64,000 bases of DNA from the human T2T-CHM13v2.0 reference genome, Homo sapiens, in the NCBI RefSeq assembly GCF_009914755.1, contig NC_060947.1; one strand, given 5' to 3'. The translations under genes and the position numbers were made by a program. Each line of letters starts with the position of its first letter. The stretch's first letter is position 1. Under the pieces are notes generated by a model. That model was not told where the DNA came from and did no database searches. It worked only from the letters and a program-made list of their open reading frames with translations. Shown one piece after another: positions 22,726 through 46,107 of the stretch.

Positions 22726-23139
22726 TTCGGGGTTCAGGGACGCGTGTCCATGGTAGGATCCCTGGCAATTTTTCTGATTTGCCCGAGCACTCATGAGTTT
22801 CATGACTGCTATGATTTTTCACAGAAGCTTGGCTGTGGGCAAGATGGGTTGGCAGATGCAGGGGGAACCGGATGGAAGGCTGCTTGTGTCCGGGCTCACT
22901 GTCCTGGCGGCTGCAGGTGCCTAGGCCATGAGGACATCTGAGCAGACAGGGCGCCGGAGGAGAGGGCAGGACAAGAATGGGAGTGCAGACAGCAGGCTCC
23001 CTGTGAAGGCCAGTGGGCCCAGCTGAGACCCAGGGAGGGGTATACCTGCCCCACAGGAGAGACCTGGACTTGGCAGCAGCAGGGAGCTGGGGCAGGAGGG
23101 AAATCGGCCCCACCCACATGCTGCAAGCACGTCAGCCAG

Positions 23140-23860
23140 GTCAGAGTTCCAGGTGAGGACGAGGTTACAGCTACAGGTGATATGATGTCAGAGCTATCGG
23201 TGAGGATAGCCGGTTAGAGCTACAGGTGAGGGTAAGAGGTCAGAATGCCAGGTGAAGATGAGATTACAGCTACAGGTGAGGATGACATCACATTTACACG
23301 TGAGGATAACAGGTTAGAGCTACAGATGAGGATAAGAGTTGGAGTTGGGGCCGGGCACAGTGGCTCACGCCTGTAATCCCAGCACTTTGGGAGGCTGAGG
23401 CGGGCAGATCACAAGGTCAAGAGATCGAGACCGTCCTGGCCAACATGGTGAAACCCCATCTCTACTAAAAATACATAAATTAGATGGGCGTGGTGGCACG
23501 TGCCTGTAGTCCCAGCTACTCAGTAGGCTGAGGCGGGAGAATGGCGTGAACCTGGGAGGCGGAAGTTGCCGTGAGCCGAGATTGTGCCACTGCACTCCAG
23601 CCTGGGCAACACAGTGAGACTCCGTCTCATGAAAAAAAAAAAAAAGAGTTGGAGTTGGAGTTCCAGGTAGTGATGAGAGGTTGGACTTCCAGGTGACAAT
23701 GAGTGGTCAGCATTACAGGTGATGGAGGGAGGTTGGAGTCCTAGGTGAGGACAAGTGGTCCGAGTTACAGGTGATGGGGAGAGGTTCGAGTCCCAGGTGA
23801 GGATCAGTGGTCAGCGTTATAGGTGATGATAAGAGGTTGAAGTTCCAGGTAAAGATAAGC
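23140..23860. repeat. Degenerate 24-26 bp tandem repeat (CAGGTGAGGATGAGAGGTTRGAGYT), interrupted by an AluSc-like (+) 23349-23645
   Basis: CAGGTG recurs at 23150, 23174, 23223, 23249, 23273 and after the Alu; Alu TSD AAGAGTTGGAGTTGG. Confidence 0.88.
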
Positions 23861-24656
23861 CATCACTGGGGCCAAGGACAGCCCGAGGTCACAGGGCTGG
23901 CTCAACCCTGATTCCTCCAAGACCTGTGTTCTTTCCTGCACCTGTTTCCTTGGAACGAGTCTGTTCAGGACTCACACTCACCTGCTGCAGGGAGCTCAGC
24001 TCTCCAGCCCACCTGCACTCTCTCCAGAACCCCTCCCTGCCCGTGTGAAGCAGGAGGGTGTCACAGATCAGCACCCAACACACCTCGGCCACTGGGGCCA
24101 GCCAGGGGGTGGAGGGGCCGAGCTACGTAAGTCCCTGCGCGCACCACAAAGGGGGCTTGTACTGTGTCTAGAAACCTTTCATTTCTGTTTTGAGTTTACT
24201 TTCTCACTGGGGTTCCACTCCTGGCAGACCTCCCTTTTTCCCATAGAGAGGCCGCACGCAGAATTTCCAAGCATCTGGAACCCCGGCTGCTTGGAAACAT
24301 GTAGCGCCTCCTGTCATGCCCCATCGGTGACCAGAGAGGACTGAGTAAGGGATGTTCCCGTGACTGCAAGGAAGGCATGGATGGGGGCGTGTCCACCTCC
24401 AGCGGAACCCCCAGGGGACTTGGAATTTGGAGGCAGAGTCTGAGGCCAACACTTCAGAGTGACACACGCATGTTCAGGGTCACCTTACCGGAAGCCATGC
24501 ATTTCCCTGATGAGCCAGGGGGGTGACTATGTCTCCCCAAGTTCTTGTCCCATGACCTGGGGTCAGGACACAGTGTGCTGATGTCACACCATGTCACACA
24601 GCTGTAGTATGCCTCTATCAGCAATGCAACTAGATATTCTATTCCTGCCCGATCTA

Positions 24657-26197
<1,541 letters not shown>

Positions 26198-26687
26198 TGG
26201 CATTCACCCCTCTTGAGACACGGTGGGAAAGAAACTGTGAATAGTTATTTTCACACGTGCCGCCTGTGCTCTGGTGGGAGAAGAGCAATGAGAACACTCG
26301 CCTTGTTTCTCTACCTCGGTTCTCATTCACAGACAAAAAAAAAAACAACAGTAACACAGCCAGGCAGGGTAGAGATAACTCCCTCCACTGACAGAGACAT
26401 TTTTTTTTCCCATTTTAACAACACTCATTAATTCTTATCTGTTAAATAGCGCGTAGAATTTGTGCCTCTAAACCCACTCGATAATCTTTTGGGTAATTAA
26501 CTTGTAAAACAACCCCAGTCCTCGTTACGGGCGGGATGGAAAAATGTGAAGTAGCGCATTTGCAAAGCAGACCATACACAATTACTTATTAAACATGCCC
26601 CAGGTGTGCCGGCAAGTCGGCGGCAAGTGGAAGCCCTCAGCCTTGTCGTCTAATGGAAGAAGATTAAAAAGTGCCAATATCCTCAGA

Positions 26688-26692
<5 letters not shown>

Positions 26693-26724
<32 letters not shown>

Positions 26725-26815
26725 TACATATGCCAACAGGCTGATCTCACACACATAGATACATATGCCAACAGGCTGATCTCACACACATAGATACATA
26801 TGCCAACAGGCTGAT
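26693..26815. repeat. (CA)n followed by 3 x 35-bp tandem repeat
   Basis: AGATACATATGCCAACAGGCTGAT at 26722, 26757 and 26792. Confidence 0.95.
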
Positions 26816-27149
26816 ATATTCAGGGTCTGGAGAAGGATTACACAAAGAGATGAGTTGCGGAAGGGGGCTCGCTTGCAGACCCTTGTAGGTGAACAGGGGC
26901 AGGGATTAAGGAGCTCATGGTGCTGCAGAAGTATCTCTGAATGGATCAGGGCAACCGTGCATTCAATAGCAAAATATGTCAGTATGACTCATCTCAGAAA
27001 CAGCCTTGCTTCCAACTGCAGGCGGTGATTTGGCCAGAGGTGGGCTCCAAGACTTGGGAAACACTCGTCAGAGCACCTCTAACCTCTACCTAACTCTAGC
27101 CCTAACCCTAAATATTAGGGAAATATGAGACTATGAGTTTTCAAAAAAT

Positions 27150-30185
<3,036 letters not shown>

Positions 30186-31464
30186 GGAAGCTAAATGAAT
30201 CAGAAGATGCTGTTTGTGATTAAAGTTACACAATCATTATAGAAAATGAGGACACCGTGCACCTTCCAAAGAGGATACACAGCACGTGTCTAGTCTGATC
30301 TCTCTTAGGATTTAGGATTACAGGGGTTCCACCATGGCATGTACGAGCTGCAAAAGAGAATGGGCCTGCCTTCAGTGCTTTTAAGAGTGTTTAACTGGTT
30401 ATCTCTCCCCATCTGAGTTCATTTGAACACGGCTATGCCTTTCTGTGTTTGCTTTCATGGAGCCGCTGGGGTTTGATTTATTTATATTTGGAGGAGTTTC
30501 GGTAAGTGAATGAGACTATTTGTTCTAAGTAAGACAGCTTTCATCAGCACATAATTACCCAGGAGCCACAAAGGTGTGGGCACAATGGCTAAGTGATGAG
30601 AAGGAGTGAAAACGCTTCCCTGGAAAATCCCTAGCTTGGGAAATGAGCCATCTCGCCCAGATTCCTGAAAACAATCGCGCATTTATAATTCCGAGAGCTC
30701 AATTAGCCGTCCTTCTGTGGGCACGTAGCTTCCCATGCCCTGCCCAGCGTGGGATCTCAGCGGAGCACGACTTCAAAGACAGAAAGTACAACAAAGTACG
30801 CAGGCCAGAGTATTAACCCAAGAACTAAGGAGAGAGAATTGAGAGCAGGAAAGGCAGGAGGGGAAAGCAGGCTAGACAGGCGCCCAGCATGTTGAAATAA
30901 TTGTGTGACTGACACTCCACAGCAATCTGTGCTCCTGGAGTCAGGACGTGAGCCGACTTGCTTAAAAATAAATCCACATGGCTGAACCGGGGTTACCCGA
31001 TGCCGGGATCCCAGCAGAGCAAGAACGAAACAGCACATTCAGCTCCCTCTGTCCCTCGCTGGGCAACTGGAGGTTGTGGGGACAAGAATCAGAGTTCCAG
31101 CAGGTGCAGGCCAGTCCAGAGAGAAGCACAATTTAGAGCAAGGTTCGTACGGGTTTGGTGGAGGTGTGCCCAGGTCTCAGCTGAGCAGGGAAGGGATGCC
31201 TGTAGGAGCTGTGGTCGTCCATAAGATGTTGTGGGCAGCAGATACCACTCACAGGCAGAGGGCAGACCCTGCCGTGTGGCTGGACCACGGATCTGGGGGC
31301 TCCTGAGCCTGGAGGCAGACTCAGTCGAGGTAAAGGCTCAATGGCCACAGCCGAAATGTCCCCACCCAGCTGGGCCTCAGCATCATCTATCAAGGACTGG
31401 AGAGTCCCCCAGCAGTGGACATACCAGGGCCACCACTGATGAATGTCCAAACCTGTTCAGATTT

Positions 31465-32100
<636 letters not shown>

Positions 32101-32346
32101 CTCTTACAAGATGGTAAAGCTTTTAAACAGCCACAGAAAGTGCAAACGATTCTTTTCTTCTTTTCTGTAAGATTGGCTTAAAGGCCATCGGTATTTATAT
32201 GCCACAAGTAAACTAACATTTTTTAATGGTGGGGACAAATCATGTATTCGTCATGCTACTTGTCCACAAAACACTGCACTTTAAAAACTGATGATCGAAT
32301 ATCCTACACAAACTTTTCCAAGAAAACAGCAATGATTTGTTATTGT

Positions 32347-32646
<300 letters not shown>

Positions 32647-32904
32647 ATTATTGGTCAAAATTCATGTTGTCTAAATCTGAAACATTTTCAGAATCTAATA
32701 AAATTAAGTTGGTGATTATAAATCATTGTTTCTTGGCTGTCATTTTGGTTAGGTGGATCACATATGTGAATTTTGGGGAACTATATATAGTTTTTAAGCC
32801 GTTCAGATTAAAAGCAAAAAGTCATGAGAAAAGAATGCCTCACTTGTCAGTTTCCAGAAACTTCTCTTTGGGCTCCAGATTGATGGCTGAATGCCTTCAG
32901 GACA

Positions 32905-33092
32905 GCAGCAAGTGTACCATTTGAAGGTGCGTGGGGATCATTTAACGGCCTCATAAGAATGCAGATTCCAGGGCCCCGCCCCCACCCCCAGAGGCCCCGA
33001 TTCACAGATGGGCCCTGGGCACCTGCATTTCTTGTTTACTCCCCGGAAATGCTGATGTGACAGGCCCGGAGAAGGCACTTTTGGATTCATTG
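32905..33092. mobile_element. MER5A-like
   Basis: aatgcagattccagggccccgccccca...ctgcatttct motifs. Confidence 0.65.
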
Positions 33093-33175
33093 TGTTAGAA
33101 AATGCCACTCCTTTGAAAACCTGCTGCAAATGAGGAAGGGCCAAGGTGGCAGGGAATAGGACCCCCTGTCACAGA

Positions 33176-33662
33176 TGAAACAGGAATTTTAAAAAATTTA
33201 AAAATGTATAAGCAAAAACTCAGTTGTATGTAAGAAAACCCAGTTCTCCCTGAGGAAGAGAAAGAGTTGAAGTCCATTAAAAATTAACTGCCTGTTTTTC
33301 TGCGGCTAATAAGCCTTGTCTCTTCCTTTCCCAAGCATTATAAAAACTCTGCTTCTCTAGCTATACAGCTACAAAGTCACTAGGCAAATAATCTCAAATC
33401 ATAAAACATATTATTCCTTAAAAAATAAAAAATAATATAATGCATGTGTCAATTAAACAACTGTCTTTGTTTCTCACTTCTATGATATACTTCCCCCTAC
33501 ACAGAGCTCCCCCTGCCCCAGAAAATACTTAAAAAATAACCAAACTCTTTGTTCAAAACTCGGTCCTTTAAATGTTAATCCGACGGGGTCGGTACAAATA
33601 AATAATTAAATAATTCCTCCTCAACCCCTCGGTGTCTCTAATTCCTTAATTATCCCTCTACA
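33176..33662 (+). mobile_element. ERV1 solo LTR (LTR15-like), G-to-A hypermutated
   Basis: TG...CA termini, perfect 4-bp TSD CAGA (33172-33175 / 33663-33666), 487 bp, AATAAA near the 3' end; ctcagttgtatgtaagaaaaccc and aattaactgcctgtttttctg motifs. Confidence 0.85.
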
Positions 33663-33979
33663 CAGAAACCAATCCTTTTGCCCCAAGGCAGATCCTAATG
33701 AGGAGAAAAGATCTGGCCAGGCTGCTGCCACTCTGTGACACTGTACACTGGGCTTGGCTCTGGCTGAGCGGGAGCTCCTGTGGGAGTGTGTTCCTGAAAA
33801 TCACAGGGATCCTGCAATGCCGGCTATGAAATTTCAACATACCCCAGCCCTTGGCAGAGGTAATAACAAGGTGTTTCACAGCAGCTTAGGGTAGAAAGGA
33901 GGAGATAGGGGCATAGGCAGTGACCAGGCTCAGCTCTGTGTAGCGTTCATTTCACTCTCATGGCTTTAAAAAGAATCAA

Positions 33980-36733
<2,754 letters not shown>

Positions 36734-36879
36734 GGACAGAGCATTGAGAATCTAGATGGATATTAGAAAGTTGTGTGCACACCTTCCTTAGTGTGAACAG
36801 ACAGAAAGAGCACACCAGAATTTGGTCTAGCACCTGGTCGAAAATCTTAAGGGCAAGCATATTCCTGTTTGATTTATCT

Positions 36880-37145
36880 TTTTTTCTTTCTTTCTTTTTT
36901 TTTTTTGAGACGGAGTCTTGCTCTCTCTCCCAGGCAGTCCCATATTCAAGCGATTCTCCTGCCTCAGCCTCCTGGGTCATTGGGATTACAGGCACATGCC
37001 ACCATGCCTGGCTAATTTTTGTATTTTTAGTAGAGATTGGGTTTCACCATGTTGGCCAGGCTGGTCTCCAACTCCTGACCTCGTGATCCACCCGCCTCAG
37101 CCTCCCAAAGTGCTGGGATTACAGGCGCGAGCCACTGCGCCCGGC
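36880..37145 (-). mobile_element. Alu with internal deletion, TSD TGATTTATCTT
   Basis: Visible. Confidence 0.9.
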
Positions 37146-37518
37146 CTGATTTATCTTAAGTCAAGAACTCCCAACCAGCAGAGGCACCTCCTGGCATGTG
37201 CCCTGGAGGTCAACAGGAAAGGACAATGGCTCCTGTTCCCTGGGGAACACACATTTGAGTAAGAGTGCAAGCTACCAGCACATCTGCATGCCTTTCCTAG
37301 CAGATGTCAGAGCTGAGTGATGCTATCTTCGCCTTGCCTTGACCATCTCCTGCTCTAGGATGGGGCCAGAAATCCCCAAAAGAAGAGTGCAAAAATCAGA
37401 GCCATCTCTCCCAAATGCCACCTGGCACGTGACTGAAGCTCAGCCATGAACCACGCAAACGACCTGTCCCAAGGAAAAAAAAAAAACAAAAAAAAGCCAT
37501 TGGAGTATCTCTCGGTAC

Positions 37519-37587
37519 CTTTGTCGTTCAAGGTTTCTTCTTTTATTTTGCTTACAACTTGTTTGGCTTTGCTGTCATTATTTCCAG
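37519..37587 (-). CDS. DHRSX: DHRSX coding exon 3 (69 bp, phase 1-1): (A)GNNDSKAKQVVSKIKEETLNDK
   Basis: Long pyrimidine tract plus tttAG acceptor; AAG|GTACCG donor. Splices in frame to exon 2 (ATA G|CT GGA) and continues the SDR beta-B/alpha-C region. Too short to appear in the ORF track. Confidence 0.95.
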
Positions 37588-38045
37588 CTAAAAGGAAAAA
37601 GAAAAAAAAGATACGGTGACTTGTAGGATTATCCAGAAACTATTAACTGCAAAAAAAAAAAAGAGGTTTTAAGAGAAGTATAACACAAATCTGAAATGTG
37701 CCTTTGATGGACTTTCCCTTTATCCTAGCGTCTAACTTGACAGCCATTTTGGCAGACTAAAGCTATCCATTTAAGAGTCATTTTCTTTAGCCTGCATTGG
37801 CAAAAAGTACAAATGCATTTGACATTCTACTTTTCAATAGTGACAGGGACCCGGGGCACCTGCTGGTGTAATTTGCACGTGAGAGCTGAGAATAGCATAA
37901 GCATAAAAAATGTGCATTAAAATGTCAGGATGGAAACGAATTTTCGAAGGAGCTTTTATGCTGGAAACATCCCAGTGTGCACACACAGACTGCACGATGC
38001 ACGTGATCACAGACCGTGGTTCCTACTACGTGCTCAGGATTTCTT

Positions 38046-38332
38046 TCTGTTTCTTTTTTTTAATTCTACTTTAAGTTCTGGGGCACATGTGCGGAACGTG
38101 CAGGTTGGTTACATAGGTATACACGTGCCATGGCAGTTTGCTGCACCCATCAACCCATCATCTACATTAGGTATTTCTCCTAATGCTCTCCCTGCCCTGC
38201 CCCCTCAACCCCTCGACAGGCCCTGGTGTGGGATGTTCCCCTCCCTGTGTCCATGCGTTCTCATTGTTCAACTCCCACTTATGAAGGAGAACATGGGGTC
38301 TTTGGTTTTCTGTTCCTGCGTTAGTTGGCTGT
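38046..38332 (-). mobile_element. 5'-truncated L1PA (PA7/8-like) 3' end
   Basis: 16-bp TSD GTGCTCAGGATTTCTT (38030-38045 / 38333-38348). Confidence 0.92.
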
Positions 38333-38481
38333 GTGCTCAGGATTTCTTACTCCTCTCACTGCACTTCCGTAAAACTCTCCAAGTGAGGTTTCAGGAACAC
38401 GCCTTTAGAAGGATGGAAAGAGGTGTTTTGCTTGTTATAGCTAAAATAAAGACTAGGAAATCCGGGGTGAAAGAATGTTAA

Positions 38482-40629
<2,148 letters not shown>

Positions 40630-40989
40630 TCAAAAAAAGCCAGGTGAAGTGATTATTTGGGAAGACCACCTTCATGGGCAGGCCATTTTCCATGGTGGCA
40701 CCGTCAACGCTGGCATAGGACAGAAGCACCACACTGGAGGAATGGAGAAGGTGAGGTGGCACGTGCGGTATCTTCTTTGGCCAATGTCACCTTCAGCAAT
40801 TGTCTCCTCAGACCTGGAGGGAGCTGCTTTAAGGAACTGGACGTGGGACATTTGGCCTCGTATGCATTTGCTGGAGTGGTTCCTACATTTGCTGAGCAAG
40901 TACTGCATATGCAGAAACACCGCACACGTCCCAAACACAGTGCATCTGCCTTCTGCTTCATCCTTTGTATTTGGGGGGGCAGGGGAGGG

Positions 40990-42365
<1,376 letters not shown>

Positions 42366-42464
42366 TTAAATACAAGTTTAAATATTTTACACGTTTCACA
42401 TGTACTATTCATGGACAATACAAAGTATATGTGGCACAAGTCATTTTTAAAAGACAGTTGCAAT

Positions 42465-45135
42465 TTAGATAACCTAACCAACTAGACTTCCTGTGACCTA
42501 CAAAACTAGATTTTATGATGACCAACGCAACTACACCTCATCATACTCTAACCCAACTAAATCTCATTAGGACCAACCAAAATACACCTCATCATAACTT
42601 AACCCAAATAGATCTGATTATACCCTAACCCAACTAGACCTCATCATGACCTAACCCAACTAAATCTCATTATAACCTAGCCCAAATAAACCTCAACATG
42701 ACCTAATACAAACAGGTATCTTTATGACCAACCCAAATACACCTCATCATAACTTAACTGAATCTCATCACAACCAACGACACTAGACCTCATAACCTAA
42801 CCAAACTAGACCTCATCATGACCTAATACAACTAGATCACATCATGACCAACTCAACTAGACCTCATCATGACCTGACACAGCTAAATCTCATTATAAAC
42901 AAGCCCAACAAGAACTAATCATGACTGACTATGACTAGATTTCATCATGACCAACCCAACTACCTCATCGTGACCTAACTAACTCTCATCATGACCAACC
43001 CAACTATACCTCATCATAACTTAACCCAACTTAACTACATCATAACCTAACTCAACAAGACTTCATTATGACCTAATACAACTACATCTCATCAAGGCCA
43101 ACAAAACTAGTCCTCATCATGACCTAACAAAATCTCATCATGACCAACCCAAATAGACCTCATCACAACCTTATCCAAGTAAATCTCCTCATACCCTAAC
43201 CCAACTAGAACTCATCATGACCTAACCAAACTAGACTTCATCATAACCTAACCAAACTAGACCTCATCACGACCTAATACAACTATATCTCATCAAGACC
43301 AACCCAACTAGACCTTATCATGACCTAATTATATCTCATCATGACCATCCAACTAGATCTCCTCATGACATAATCCAACAAGATTTCATCATAACCAAAC
43401 CAACTAGACCTCATCATAACCTAACCCAACTAGGTCTCATCATGACCTAATACAACTAGATCCCATCATGAGCAACACAACTAGACTGCATCATAAACAA
43501 ATTACATCTCATTATGACAACGAACTAGATCTTATCATAACCTAACACACCTGGGTCTCATCATGACCCAATACAAGTAGATCTCATCATGAACAACCTA
43601 CCAGAGCTCATCATAGCCTAGGCCAACTAGATTTCATTATGACCTAATACAACTAATTCTCATAATGACCAATCCCACTAGACCTCATCATGACCTAACC
43701 AAACTGGACTTCATCATAACCTAACCCAACTAGACCTCATCATGACATGAGACAACTAGATCTCATCACGACCTACCCAACTAGAACTCATCACGACCTA
43801 ACTAGATCACATCGTGACCAACCAAACAGATCCCATTACAACTTAATCCAACTAGATCTCATCATAACCTAATACAACTAGATCTCATCATGACCAATGC
43901 ACTAGACCTCATCATATCCTACCACAACTAGATCTCATCATGACCTAATCCAACTAGATCTCATCATAACCTAATACAACTAGATCTCATCATGACCAAT
44001 GCACTAGACCTCATCATATCCTACCACAACTAGATCTCATCATGACCTAATACAACTAGATTTCATTATGACCACCGCATCTGGACCTCATCATAACCTA
44101 ACTGGATCTCAACATGACCAACCAACTAGATCTCATCATAACCTAACCCAACTATAACTCATCATGATCTAGTACAACTAGCTCTCATCATGACAAACTC
44201 AATGAGACCTCATCATAACTTACCCCAACTACATCACATCATGACCTAATACAACTAGATCTCATCATGACCAACCAACTAGATATCATCGTAATATAAT
44301 TCAATTAGATCTCATCATGACCTAATACAACTAGATCTCATAAAGACCAGCCCAACTAGACCTCATCATAACCTAACTCAATTAAATCTCCTCATACCCT
44401 AACCCAACTAGACCTCATCATGACCTAACCCAACTAAACCTCATCATAATCTAACCCAACTAGACCTCATCATGACTGAATATGACTAGATCTCATCACA
44501 ACCAACCCAAATAGACCTCATCATAACCTAATTAGATCTCATCATGACCAACCAACTAGATCGCATCATAACCTAACCCAACCAGATCTCATCATGACCA
44601 ACCCAACTAGACCTCATAATAACTTCACCCAATTAGATCACATCATAACCTAATACAACTAGATCTCCTCATGACCAATCTAACTAGACCTCATCAGAAC
44701 CTAACTAGATCTCATCATGACCTAATACAACTAGTTCTCATCATGACCAACCCAACTAGACCTCATCATAACCTAACCCAACTAGATCTCATCAAGACCT
44801 AATACAATTAGTTCTCCTCATGACCAACCCAACCGGACCTCCTCATAACCTAACTAGATCTCGTCATGACCAACCAACCAGATCTCATCACAACCTGACC
44901 CAACTAGATCTCGTCATGACCTAATACAACTTGATCTCATCCTGACCAACACAACTAGTCCTCATTATAGCCTAACTAAGTCTCATCATGACCAATCAAC
45001 TAGACCTCATCAGAACCTTACCCAACTGGATCTCATCAGGATCTAATACAACTAGATCTCATCATGACCAACCCAAGTAGACTTCATCATAACCCAACTA
45101 AACTTCATTATAACCCAACTAGACCTCATCATTAT
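42465..45135. repeat. ~2.7 kb degenerate satellite, 21-26 bp unit ACCTAA(C/T)(C/A)CAACTAGA(C/T)CTCATCAT(G/A)
   Basis: About 100 tandem units visible. Confidence 0.96.
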
Positions 45136-45228
45136 CTACCCTTCCTGAGGACTGTACAAGAGATTTCTTATATTGGAAAAAAGCAGTATAATTTCCTCTT
45201 ACTAAATAAAAAGATTTTGAGCCCAAAC

Positions 45229-45428
45229 CAGAGTCACCAATCTGCGGCTAAACCTGGCCTGCAGCTGGATATTGTACAAAAAGTTTTACAGCAACATAGA
45301 CTTTCCTGTTGTTTTAAGTATTACCTATGGGTGGTTACTCACTACTAGGGCAGAGCTCATAGTTATGAGAGAAACATATGAACACATTTATTATCTGTCT
45401 CTTTACAGAAAAAGTTTACCCACCCCAC
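45229..45428 (+). mobile_element. MER58A
   Basis: ctttacagaaaaagtttacccacccc end motif. Confidence 0.7.
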
Positions 45429-46107
45429 TTTCATCTTAGATGACAGTCCATTGAGCATTATGAAAAAAAATGATCCCCCACCAAAATAATATTTTGAAAC
45501 AATGAGAACTAAGATCTTGTGGACAGATGGGAATTTGAACAACTGATATATGTGTCTAGTAATATTAATGTGCTTCAGTTGGACCCAGGTTATAATCTGA
45601 ATTATTTTACAAGTAATTGATTATTCTTTAAATATTAATAAATTTTTAATTAAAATTTTGAAGTTAAATATTCCCATCTCTTATTTTGTATTTAATATAA
45701 AATTCATTGTGTTCAATGACATTTTTTCATTAATTGACTTTGAATCAAACTGCCATACAAAATGAAAAAATGCCTCTCTCAGAATATATCCAATTATCCT
45801 CAAAGTCACACAGGGGAAATAAGACTGCATAATTGATTGGATTGACCTGAAGGGTCAAAACTGTAACTCACAGTGAAAATTAAACACTGACATCAGGAGC
45901 TCTGTGGGATAGGAGACACAGGTAGGGTGCAGATGTGGTGTTTACTTTCTGTTTATCTCAAGAAAAAAGGCACATTGGTGCTGACATATACTGCTCCTGA
46001 TGCTCAGTAAACATCATCTAAATGAAGTGGTAACACTTGAGATTCCCATGCACATGAACCAGAAGCTTGCTCACATGTCTTCATTGCTTTGTGCCTACAA
46101 AGTCCTC

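Noticed and set aside
21956-23119. 387-aa and overlapping Cys/Val-rich ORFs
   Set aside because: Products of the 34-36 bp VNTR, open in several frames on both strands
42465-45135. AUGAUGA (box C) in each unit and a loose let-7 resemblance (UGAGGU..GUUGUAU) on the minus strand
   Set aside because: No consistent box D or terminal stem, no let-7 seed match and no hairpin; coincidental to the repeat unit
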